Shown here in pieces: positions 24,401 through 36,045 of a DNA stretch of 64,000 bases; position 1 is the stretch's first letter, and each line of letters begins with the position of its first letter. The stretch spans positions 25,482,001-25,546,000 of the forward strand of contig CP158635.1 of NCBI GenBank assembly GCA_050273025.1, read 5' to 3'. The notes beneath the pieces were generated by a model. It saw nothing but the letters and a program-made list of their open reading frames with translations, was not told the origin of the DNA and made no database searches. A program made the position numbers and the translations under genes. The stretch is from Cenococcum geophilum (lineage: Eukaryota).

Positions 24401-26345
24401 TAAAGTAGTTCGCTGCCCTACTTCTCTTATATCTAGTAGGGTCTTAATCCCTACTAATATTCCCTATTCTATAGTAGAATTATCCTTTACCTCTTATATA
24501 ACATCTCTAAGGTCTATATACTCCTAATAAGCCACTTCCGTTGCCTTATTATTATAAAATGTTTCGCCTATATTAAAATTATCGTCCTTAATATCCGATC
24601 TGCGAACTAGTTTATTAGTTCCTTTATATTCCGCTAAATATAGCTCTTATAGCTAATAGCTTACACTATACTTAGCGTCCTTATAAGTTTAGTATGCGTT
24701 ATTATAACAAAATATAAAACTTTTAATTAAATATTCTTTTGTTCCTCGCAGTATATTATTATCCCTTTATACATATATATTGTTTACTAGTCTCGTTCCT
24801 TTTACCATATAGTGACTTTAACCATTTCTATAGTCTTTAACATAATAACCTTATTTTCCACAATTTATATAAGCTCCTTCTTTAAACCATTTTTCTTGCT
24901 ATAGAGTCTGCCTAAATATCTTTTACTATTAAGATCCCTAATTCGGCCTCTACTCCTTCGTTCTATAATTACTAAATCCTTAACCTCTAGGTTTCTATAG
25001 TTTCTTACTCCCTCTCTTATAGGCTTCTTTAGTACTACTTAGGTCTATTAGCTCTACACCATACTATAATTTCTAATTTAGCTTTGGTCGTTGCGTGCTC
25101 TACACCTTATACAACTATAAAACTCTATCCTAATCTCTTTTAACCTATTCCCTTTAGTAGATCCAATTATTAATCTTAATTACTTAATCTATTAGTTCCC
25201 TTAAGGTATCCGTATCTTCTATTAGAATAATTATATCCTAGACTTTAGCCTTAAGTCCTTACTTATACTGTGCCATAAGCGCCTTATTATTCTACTTAAC
25301 TTATATTACTAGCGTTTAGAACTACATTATATACTTAATTACTAAGGTTCGTTACATAATATCTTAGAGTCTTCTTTCCGCTATAGTTACCGCCTCTAAG
25401 TCTTTAAACATTTATATAAGTCGCTCCGCGAACCCCTCCTAGCTTAAGAATATAAATCGCACTTCCTAATTAGTGGTTGTTATTCTGTTCGCCTATATCT
25501 CTATAAGGTAAGGCTTAAACCACTTAAGTACTCTTCCTAATAGGAATAGTCCCGCATATACTATTTAATCCATAGGTGTTAGCAGCTTAACTCCTTCTTA
25601 CGTAACCTTAAAGTATATTTACGTAAGAAATCCTTTAAGTTTTAATCTCTCTCCCAAGTACCTCTTGATTAATAGTAGCTTAATCTTCGCTACTCTTATC
25701 CCGTTAATCCTATTTTCTAATATTATATTATTTTCTGTTAGCTAGTCAACTATCTCTTATAGTTATCCGACCGTTATAGGTTGCTATAAGTTAGTATCTG
25801 CTATACTAGTGTCGTTACCTAACGTTAAAGTAGTTGCCGCCGTTAATAGCGTTATAGCTAGTGCTTTTAGTGGCATATTATTTAACTTTCCGTATTTAAT
25901 ACTATAACTAAGTAGTAATTATATAACGGAACCTTATAGCAGGAACTATAATAGGCTCGTTATTAGGCTAGGTATATAGGTAATATAAATTAAAGTTAAT
26001 AATAAAATAATAACTGGCGGAGTAGTTACCTAACAGATTAACTCTAATTATATTCTAAGAATTACTATAAGGAAGGAACTATCTAGGTAAGGACTAAGGG
26101 TCCTTAAATACACAACCGTACTCCTATAAAATCCTTCTTATACGTAATATACATATACTCTATTTACTTTATTATAGATTACGTAGATCCTACAGATTAT
26201 ATAGATTACGTCACGTGACCTTAGTTACCATTCCTCGTCACATAGCTCTATCGGCTCCATTCTAGACCGTGCTTAAATTAACCAACTAGCTTCTTCCAAC
26301 TCTTCTCCAAGTAGTCGTAATATTATACTTAAAGCGTTCATAACA
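18405..26345 (-). mobile_element. Ty3/Gypsy chromovirus C, full length, nested in A1
   Basis: 424-bp LTRs at 18405-18828 and 25922-26345, TSD TCAAT, PPT aagaggagggagatag next to 18829. RT YLDDIIIY-like ~21850-21875, integrase GPF motif ~19890, chromodomain (Y.VKW.GY...TWEPLENL) ~19600-19740. Confidence 0.94.
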
Positions 26346-29300
26346 TCAATGTCCGTATTATCGTTTATAGTGGTCTTATATATAAGGTATTGTCTATAAC
26401 CTATAGTAGACTTCTTAAAGGCACCTATATTAATTATAACACTATAGAATTCTTTAGGGGTATAGCGTTTTATAGCAATATATACAAATAGGTCCTATTC
26501 GCGGTTTATAACGTCCGTAATAGGTCTAATAGGTATACCCATAGGCTAGTTCTTAGGTGCAATTAAGTATATAAAGGAGCGGTCAGCTAATACAGTCGTA
26601 ATATTAAAGGCTTAGCCGTCTGTAAAAGGTCTAAAGGTAGTTAGGAACGTCTCTAAGGTCTCCTATTCCTAAGTATCTAAATTAAAGTTAATTATAAGGG
26701 CTTCTATTAACTCGTTAAGAGACTCCTCCACTTCCTCTCCTTTATAGTCTAAGATAAACTAGTTAATCTAATTATTAAATCTCTTCTTAGACTTATTACG
26801 TTCTTCCTAGGTATACCTTATAGACTAATATCCTTCCTTACCGCACATAAAACACTTCTAGCTAGTTTGTCTATAGGGGTATACTTTTATATAGGAGTTA
26901 CTGTAGGGGTTACGGGTAGGACTTAATCGGTACGGGTACTGCTAGCAGTAGCGGCGGTCCGTAAAGTAGGCATCTAAGTCAGTTTATAGGTTTTATAGGT
27001 TTGTAATAAAGGCTTAAGTACTGCCTAGCGGGTTTAAAACTTCGTACGTTATAATAAAGGACCATAAATTGTTAATAAGGCTAGCTATAGTGTCTACGGG
27101 CTTATAATAGGCATATTTATAGGGTTCTTCTTCTTAGCAAGCTATAATAAGCTTATTATACAGGAAGTCGTCTATTTAAAGCTTAATGTTAAGGCCGTGC
27201 TGTAAGTGCCAAAGGTCTTTAATAAGAATTTACAGGCACTCTATAGTCAATTTTTCGGTATTCTTGTCAATTACGGTCCGTAACTTAGTTACATTCTATT
27301 AGGTAAGGATATCACGCTTATATTCTAACCCTTTAAAGTAGTTGCGTATAGCTTTATATAGCTTATTAAAGGGAATACTAAGGGGGTTACTTTTAAGGTT
27401 AGTGTAGTAGTAGTTAAGGGCTAGGCCGCGCAGTATAGTAGAATAGGCTTAGCTAAATTCCTGTTTAGAAATATCAGCCTTCCAATAGAGGTCCGTAAAG
27501 ATAGTGAGTTTAAAGTTAAAGTTATCGTTTTTACTGCTATACTTAGATTTGTCAGTATAGAGCTTAGCCAAGTTAGCTAGCTCCTTGCTATAGGTCTTTA
27601 CTTAAGTAGGTTGCGGATTTATAACTTAGGTAGGTTGTAAATCTATAGCTTAGGCGACGAGAGGGTTTTAGTCTATATTTTAGTTTATAGGGGTATTACG
27701 GTCCGTAACTTAAGTACTAGGTATACTTTAGCCTATAAGATTAATTCTAAAATCGCCTAGGTTTATAGGACAAATTTAGTTAAGTAGGTTAGGTATAAGG
27801 CTAGTAATACTATTAAGTTTAGGAGAAGTAAAGAGTTTATTAGTGGCTTTAACCTAGTCTAGGATTTCCTCTTTAGTCCATTCCATTTGGTCCTCCTCCT
27901 ATATTATATTATATAAGGACCATGTAATAGTAACTCGTTTATCCTTTTTAACCTATATACCTTAGTAACGTAAAAGGGTTCATAGGTTACGGATAGTAGT
28001 AGGGTTGTAAGCCTTAAGAATAGCTTCTATAAAGTCCGCAAAGTCTTCCTTATATTACTCCTATAGGTTATTATTTAGAAGCTTATAGTATCCGTATTTA
28101 AGGATTTTAAAATTAATATAGTTATTAACGCCGTCTGTAGACGTAAGGTCGACTCCCTAACTCCACTTCTTTTAACCTTTACTAATTTGCTTAGTTATAT
28201 CTGCTATATTATATAGCGTAGTATGTCTGTATAAGCTATAGTGGGTAGTAGTAGCTTATAGCGGTTAGAGGTATTATAACGGTCCGTAAAATCGATTAGT
28301 GGGTCCGTAATAGTTCGAGAGGTCTTATAGTAGTCTATAAAGGCAATTAACGGGTCCGTAATGGTTTGTAAAAGGATAAGGGGTTTCCATAGGGTCTAAA
28401 GAGGTTTAAGGGGGTTAAGGATAAGGGGTTCTGTAAAGGTCTATATTCGCGTTTATAAACTTTTAGTAAACCATACTAAGACTTAAATAAGTATATAGAG
28501 TTGGTAATAGGTCCGTAATCCCCGACTTTTGACCTTTTAGTAGGTCTTACTAGGAGTCTAAACGGGTGGTTGCTGTCGTGTATTGCTCGGTGGGAGGTAT
28601 TAAGTAATTGCTAATCTATGCGCGCTCACTAATCAGTGTTTATATCAATTTAATAATATAATTAAGTTATATCCAGGGGCACGAAATATATATAGTATCG
28701 TATGCTCTTTTGGATAGTAGTGACTATTGATTCTATTAAGGTAGACTACGTGGTCTATATACTAACGCGCCTCCCCCCTAATTAGTTAGTATGTAGGTAG
28801 TTAGTGCACCAAACGCGTAAATACGCGTTCGTATACTAGGTGCTATAATTATACAATTTAAGTTCGCTATCCAAGTATATAAGAATATTATCTAAGTATA
28901 CCGTATAGAATTTATCTAGGTAATTAAAAAGAACGTTATTTATATACCTTTAGTACGTAGCTAGTCCGTTTATTAGTTTAAAAAGAAGAACTTTATATTT
29001 ATAGGAACTATAGCGGGTATAAAATGTTGTTAAATCTTTAGATATAGGGTCTATCCTAATTTAGTAGAAAGCTTAACGGATATTAAGTTTAGTAAAGATC
29101 TTTACCTAGCTTAGATATATAAGGGTCTTATTAATTAAAGGAATAGGATACCAATTCTTTTAAGTAATAGTGTTTAACTTCTAGTAGTTAATGTAAAAGT
29201 AAATGCCTCTACTAGGCTTTTTTATAAATAGGATAAGAGAAGTAAAAGGGGCTTAACTTGGCTTAATAAACCCTTTATCCAGGTTATTAATTAAGTACTA

Positions 29301-32113
29301 CTTTATTGCTTTTAGCTTATCTATTAATTATTAGTAAAGGGGGCTATAACCTAGCAAGTTATTAGCTCCTAATTAAATCTTATAATTATATATTTAGTAG
29401 GGGGGTAACTTATCTAAAGCCGCCCTTAAAAATGCATCCTTATAATTTATATAACTAGTAAAAAGAAGGCGTTTAACTAGTTCCTTATTAGTTTCCTTAG
29501 TTAGCTCTTCCTCCCTATTATTAATAATTTGGTTAATCTTATATAGGCTTATTATAAAGACCTTATTATTCTTTTAGTATATATTAAAGTAGAACGCTAT
29601 AGCGCTAATTACAGCGATATTTATAGTGGGGGGGTTATATAATAATAGGGGCGTATATAACTTTAGAGACTTCTAAAGTACTAGCGTTATTATTACTCCT
29701 TTTAGCTCCTATTATATCTATTAGAGGTTATCCCTTATATCCTATTAATGCGTTCTTTTCTATACTGGTTAAATCTACGCGATTTAGACGTTGTCTATAT
29801 TACTATCTATCCCGCTTTTATATATAAAGTTTTCTTTAAACGTAGCGCTTTAAAAGAGTATCTTTATTAGTATAGAGTTCTTTCTAGCTTTATAGCGGGC
29901 GTCTTCTTAAGTAAAGGCTAGGTTACGGGCCCGGATATTTTACTAGTAGGTAGGGTTAGCCCTTATAGCTAGTATCTTATAGTTAGTTTAGATTTCCCTA
30001 ATAAAAGAGGGCAGCTTTAGTTTATCCTCTAGCTAGATAAACTATCTTTATTATATATTTAGCTAAATATTAAAATAGGATATCTATTTTTGTCTAAGGA
30101 TTATATTATAGGACCCTAGGTCTAGGATATAAAAAGGGATACTATATTAGCGTTATCCGTTAAGGGCGATATATAACTTTAAGACGTGGGTAACCGGCTA
30201 ACTAGCTTAGCTATTATAGCCTTTTACCTAAATAGGCTTCTTTAGTTAGATAGCTTCTATATTTAGAAACTTAGTAATATTATTTATACAAGTAGTATTT
30301 ATAAAGGCGAAGCTATTTACTCTAGTGTTAATTAGGGCGGTTATATTAACTCTATATCTATTTTAAGATACTATATATAAAACTATAAAATGCTCTCCAC
30401 CCATTAACTAACTAAGATTAATCTCTTTAAGATTAATAGGGTACTCTAGGGGGGAGTCTTTCCCTAGGGTTCTTCTTTTCCCAACTTATTAGACGTTTCT
30501 CCTCCCTCTATCTCCTTAATATTACCTATATCCTTTAGCTTTGGGCAAAATAAGGCAAAGTAACCCTCCTTATCGCAGTTATAGCACATAGCCGAGGTAG
30601 GGTTAATTAGAGTATTATAACGAGTACTAGCTAATAGTGTAGTATATAGCTAGTTAGGCGAGGCTTACTAGTATATAGTTATAACCGCTTTTAGTATAAG
30701 AGCAGTTATAGCTTATCTTCCTACTCTAGCTCCTATAGGTGTGGCTAATAAGCTTTAATTACTATAGGATTACTTCTGCTAATTAGGGTAGGTATTAATT
30801 TACTTTAGTTTTAAATCTAATAATAGGTAATAAGTTGCGAGTTTATTATAAGTTGGTAGGTTATCTAAGGTTATAGCAATCTTTTCTTATAGCTAAATTA
30901 TTAGCTTATTATATAGGTCTAATTAGTAGATCTTAAGGGGAACCTAGCCTTCTCCTATAATATATAGAATTTAAGTCTAGAATTTAGTAAAGGGTTAGTT
31001 TGGTTTTATTATTAGGCGTCGCGTACTTTATTTAAGTTAATATAGATAGCTATTAGGTGCCGTATTATCTTATTAATAGATATAAATTAGATAGAGGACT
31101 TGTCCTTAAACTTGGCTTAAAGGTGCTATTAGGCGTCCCTAGTAGTTTAACTAAAGAGGTAGAGTATTTTAGCTTCTTTAGAAAGGAAATAGTTATAGTT
31201 AACGTGGAGCTTTCCTTATACTTAAATTCTCTAATTTTTAAAGGTAGGGTCTATTCCGTTAAATAGTAGTAGGGGGTTAGGGAGCTTAGCGGACTTTAAT
31301 TACTTTATTATTATATCCGTACTCCCTGGTATATTATATTTAGTAGAGTAAATAGGTTGGCTAGGGCTTTAAAAAGGGAAGGCTAGGCTATTTTATAGGG
31401 CCGTAAGGCTTTTTAGGATCTCTTATAGGGTTTCTTATATATTTTTTACTTTAAGACGATTGGCTTTCTAGCTAGCTATAAGGGCGCGAATCTACTTATG
31501 TACGTCTATAACGTTATTATTATCTTTAATTTCCGATCCTAATTAGATCTTAGGTTCCTCTTAGGTAAAAATAGCTCTCTTAAATAAGCTTACTTTAGGT
31601 GCCATTATTAGCTTTCTAAGGTTTATTAGTATTATATACTTTGGTTTTAATTCCGGGGGTATAGATCTAGTCCTATCTAGCTTATAAGGTAGGATATTAT
31701 CTAGGCCTTCCCAGGCAATATAGAGTCGTTTTAGTATCTAAGTATAGCGCGTTAACATGTTATTATAGACAAAGTTTTTTTTTTAGGGTAGGATATTATT
31801 AAGGCCTTCCTAGGCAATATAGGGAGAGCTTAGTATAATATAACGGCTTGTATAAATGCCTTTAAACCAAAGCTTATAGAATACTATCTTATAAAGATAT
31901 TAAGCTAAGGAGAAGAAAAGGGGGTTGCTAGGGCTAGTATAAATAAATAAGTAGCGCAAGCCGCTAAGGCGCTAGTAGTAGGTAAGCTAATAGTAGAAAA
32001 TAGTACTAAATAGTTCTAGACAGTACGTAATAGTATAAGATAGTATAATAGGTAGTAGAATATAGCAGAACTTGAGTAGAATTTAGCAGGTGACGCGCTC
32101 TAGCGCCGTTATA

Positions 32114-33511
32114 GTTATTATCTGGTTTTTTTCTTCTTCTTATAGAATAGCTTTATATAGTGCTTCTTAGGTACCTCTAAGATGCCCTATTATTAGGAAT
32201 TGACTTTATACTTTACGGATGCCTTTATTCTAAGCTTTAGTGACAATTCCTATAAAGGTAGTATACTATTATAATCCCTATATATAATAAACGGGTAGTA
32301 TTTCTATAGGTGCTTTATAATTTCTTAAAAATTTTAATTCTTTATAGGCTGTCTTTTTACTCCTCTTTATTTTATTAACTTTACTATATATCTTTAGTGC
32401 TAGACTAAATAGTATTATCCTATAGGCCTAAGTAGGGTATATTATCTTTTAGCTCTTCTAAGTAGTTTATAAACTAGACTATACTCTAGCCTTCTTGCTA
32501 TTTAGCGTTATAGTATTACTAGTTATAATCTATTCCTTAATTAGTAGGGTTTTAGACCTAATTAACTAACTAGGACTTAAGTTCGCTAAATTTAAGGGAT
32601 ATAGTAAGTTTCTTCTTATAGCATATCTATAAACTCTTAACGGTACTACGTAGGAAGGTAGAAGTAATTAGTGTCTAATTATACTTATTAGAGTAATATT
32701 ACGGATCTAGCTAAAACTTAGTTTTATATTAATGGATAAAACGATTATAATTCCGGAGACTATTACTATAGTACTTATTAAATTCCTTTATACAGAATTT
32801 AGGTCTTTCTAATATTATAGCGTAGTATAGCGTTGCCCCTTTAAGTCCGCTTTATATCTAGGGTGTCTATACTTCCCCTAATTGTCCTTATAATTATTCT
32901 TAGTAGTCTTAATATACTTATCTTAATTATATCTCTAACTCCTTTATTTTTTATAGGGTCTCGCGTAGCGACCGCTCTAATAACTCCCCATTGGTAATCA
33001 TTTCTAAGGGTCTTATAAGGTTAGATAGACTAGCTATAGCTTCTTTATAGGAAGAGGGAATACGCTCCTTTAGGGAGACTCTTTAAGCCTTTTACAGTAG
33101 GGGCGTTATTTTAGGGGGTAAGGAGGTATAGCCCGTTATTGTTAATTAATAGCCATACGTTCCTTTTGTAAAGGATTATAAGCAATTAGAATTATAAAAG
33201 GCTGGTTTAACCGGAACGTATAATTATCTAATTAATAGTATAGAATAAGAGTTATAGGTAAGTAGAAGATAGGTTAAGGTAGAATAAGCTTTACGTAATA
33301 AAGGACAAATGCTTTCTAACCTCTTCTATTTAGAGACTAATCGCTGGCTCTTCTCTAGAGGAGAACCAGCTCCCTATATAATCCTTCTAAGACGCTAGCA
33401 AAACCCTTTGTCCCTTATCTGTCTGACCGTGTCTTCTGGGACGTAGATGGAATATAGATGAAACCTCCTTCTGTCTCATCTGATATGTACCTTCTGGGGG
33501 ATTCCGTTACA
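32114..33511 (-). mobile_element. Gypsy-like element G remnant: 5' LTR ~33294-33511 and gag fragment, interrupted by D
   Basis: LTR-like segment ending gttaca at 33511. RIPped gag-like frame from an ATG near 33155. The rest is not in the window. Confidence 0.6.
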
Positions 33512-33600
33512 CTTATTAAGTTGGCAAACTAATATAATAATTATCTAAGAGCTTAGCGTCCTTTTTAGGCCGAAGTATATATAACCAAGCCTTATCCTTC

Positions 33601-33756
33601 TATCCCATGCAACGCTGGCGTCCAACAAGAGTTGGTCCGTGCGCGAACACCATTTTCAAATGCAGTCTTACCTCATCACGGCTCAATGATCCTAACGATT
33701 TGATTGGCTGATCCTTATCGATAACCGTTGGACGCGAAGCAGCGTTGCATGGGATA
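33601..33756. mobile_element. MITE, 156 bp
   Basis: Terminal inverted repeat tatcccatgcaacgctg...cagcgttgcatgggata (17 bp including TA), plus an inner gcgtccaac/gttggacgc pair. Confidence 0.85.
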
Positions 33757-34587
33757 CCTCTCTAGTTTCTATTAAATTTATTAAATAGCTTTATAAGAGT
33801 ATTTAGCTTAAATACTACACTATTAATTAGTGGCACTAGCGTTAGTGAGGATTTCTAGGAAGATGTATTACCATTTATGCATATAGGGCGCCATATTTAA
33901 CAGAGGCGACGATAAGAGTTACACCAAAGTCTAGAGCAAATATCACGATATTAGTAAGGAAGAGAAGTTACGAATAGCTTCAAGTGCAAGGCGACCCTCC
34001 TCCTAGCAGCCACTACATCTAATTCTGCTAGCTCTACATACTAATTTAGGCGAAGCTTAAGCGAAATTAGATGCCATCGCTGCTGCGCGCACGGGGGGGG
34101 CGGCGACACTGAACCTCGCCGACCCTGTACCTCGGGCCAATAAAAGTAAACAAAACCGCTGTTCCCGTATTGATAAGCGCGTAGGAATTAAGGGGATTAT
34201 GAGCAGGAATAATTTTCTAGGCAGACTTCTTTTTTCACATTGATTAAGAGTGACGAGAAGAATATGGCCTTCGCTATTATCCATCCAACTAATTTTTGTG
34301 GAAAAAATATAATTAATAAACAGCCGCATTATGACATTAGAAAAATACATCGGATGTCTCTCATCGGTGGATCATTCAACCTTCCCAGTTTCACCTACTA
34401 CCACGTCGACACCTTGCAAGCTCTAACTTCACTTGAGGAAGTGACTCTATGAACGCGTCCGGCTCTGGGACCGAAGTCGGAGTCACACTCCGCTTTCCCA
34501 AACGCAGGCTAAGCAATCAATCAGCATTAGCCCAACCAGCTGGTCAGGCCCAGACGGACGAAAGATTTGAAAAGAAGCGTATAAAAC

Positions 34588-35577
34588 TCACAGCTTAGCA
34601 CTCTCAACCTCACCTCCCCCCTCCCCCTTCTCTGCCTTCACCAAGAGCCCCCTAACCACCCCGCACCCCCTCAGCCCCTCCTGCAACTGTCTCTCAATCT
34701 CACCCACCAGCCCCAGCACCACCTCCACCCGCCCTGTAGCCACCCCGCCCTCCTCCTCAACCAACCCCAGCGCTCCGGGCAGCGGCGAGCCCACGATCAC
34801 CCGCGCCGCCCCGACCTCGATCGCCCGCGGACTCTGCGCGTCCACGCTCTGCATCCGCACAAACCTCGGGCAGTCGAGGCCTTGGGGCCGGGGCGACTCC
34901 GTGCTTTGCGCTGTTGGGGGCGCGGAGGTGGGGCCCTCGCGCGTGCGGCTGCGGGCGCGCGCGTAGGGGTGGCGGCGCCGGCGGGCGGCGTGCGGGGGTG
35001 AGATGCGGCTGGTGATGGGGCGGGCGCTGCTGGGGGCTGGGAGGAAGAAGGGCGCTTCTTGAGGCGGTTGGCTGTGGGATCGGCGGTGGAGGGTGTAGTG
35101 GAGGATTTTGTCGTGGGTGGAAGCTATGGTTGGGCTAGGGAGCGCTGCGGGGTGGGATGGAGGGGGCTGGTTTGGTGGCGGGTTGAAGTGGTTGATGTTT
35201 TGGGGGTGCGGAGGGAGGCTGGAGTCAGTCCTACTAGGGCTGTGGTTGGAGAGTTGGTGGTGAAGTTGCGGAGTGCAGGGCTCGGAGCGGACGGGGGAGT
35301 CTTGGTAGAGAAGTGGAGAGGCGAAATCGGTGAGTGTATCTTGGGAACGGTTGGAGAGTGAGGGCGTTGAGATCCTGGTGGTTAGTGGGTTGCTCGTAGT
35401 GAACTGCAAAGGCTCTGGGGATAAAATGTTGAAGTTTTCGAGCGAGTTGTCGGGGTATTGAGGAAAGTCGGGATCGGCTAGACTGTTGAGCACATGGATT
35501 AAGGATTCGTCTTGCAGTATTTGTGGGAGCACAGTGTCGTGTGATGGGTCGTTGAACGCCCCGTAAGACATTTCCAT
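34588..35577 (-). CDS. Hypothetical Pro/Ser-rich low-complexity protein; probable extra 5' exon from ATG ~35783
   Basis: 329-aa GC-rich ORF with no RIP signature. An acceptor-like catag lies directly before the ATG. No domain recognised. Confidence 0.55.
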   Translation of the reverse strand: MEMSYGAFNDPSHDTVLPQILQDESLIHVLNSLADPDFPQYPDNSLENFNILSPEPLQFTTSNPLTTRISTPSLSNRSQDTLTDFASPLLYQDSPVRSEPCTPQLHHQLSNHSPSRTDSSLPPHPQNINHFNPPPNQPPPSHPAALPSPTIASTHDKILHYTLHRRSHSQPPQEAPFFLPAPSSARPITSRISPPHAARRRRHPYARARSRTREGPTSAPPTAQSTESPRPQGLDCPRFVRMQSVDAQSPRAIEVGAARVIVGSPLPGALGLVEEEGGVATGRVEVVLGLVGEIERQLQEGLRGCGVVRGLLVKAEKGEGGGEVESAKL

Positions 35578-36045
35578 CTATGAGTGACACCTTCGAGTGG
35601 AAGAGGACTGGATATGGACAGGCTGGTACGGGACTGGAGAAGCGGGAGTTGCACAGCATGATGGAATAGGAGCAGATGGCTTCTAGAAGTATACAAAACG
35701 TCGTCTTTGTTGTGTTTAATGAGACGTCCGAGACCTGCAGACGACGCCAACGATCTTGGTCCATAGAGGCGTTTGGGAACATGGTTGAGATGCGGGTATC
35801 CGCATTGTGGGCATCGTTAATTGGTCTTCGAGCACAGTGTGACTGGACACAAACGGAAAGGCTAGGGAGGCTGAATACTACTGAAAACGGAGCTCTGGTA
35901 GTTAGTGCTTGATTCAATTATCAACAAATACAAGAGTGGGATGAACGAGTCAACGCTAATAACTAGCTAGCTCACTGCTATATGGGAGCGCTGGCTAAAT
36001 AGATGAGTGTGCCTTATTGGGTTTTCCCTTAGGTGCTCTGGTAAG

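Larger units (their letters stand above)
8775..28855 (-). mobile_element. Copia family A copy 1, full length, carrying two nested elements
   Basis: 219-bp LTRs at 8775-8993 and 28637-28855, with TSD ATTTA at 8770-8774 and 28856-28860. RIPped gag, integrase (HRRFxH ~18040), RT (KPLYGVPEA ~16420) and RNase H (CLVKLGT..EKRL ~9400). Confidence 0.93.
7664..32113 (-). mobile_element. Ty3/Gypsy element D, split: 5' LTR ~31761-32113, gag-PR-RT at 28861-31606, RT end/RNase H/integrase start at 7664-8774
   Basis: RT motif YLDDILIYS (RIPped, ~28875-28900) continues in frame across the insertion into VHVKKVLERL..IKKCEF..KYLGFI (~8665-8770). Protease ALIDTG-like motif near 30320. The integrase body and 3' LTR are absent. 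Confidence 0.85.

Noticed and set aside
3949..31266. Short ORF-track calls in the AT-rich block (3949, 15372, 16705, 23715, 31057)
   Set aside because: They are chance frames within RIPped pseudogenes, LTRs or the antisense of pol genes.
33757..34450. Possible RIP-leaked pseudogene (EDFWEDVLPFMH-like frame) and ORFs 34057/34240
   Set aside because: No recognisable family and the frames are ambiguous.
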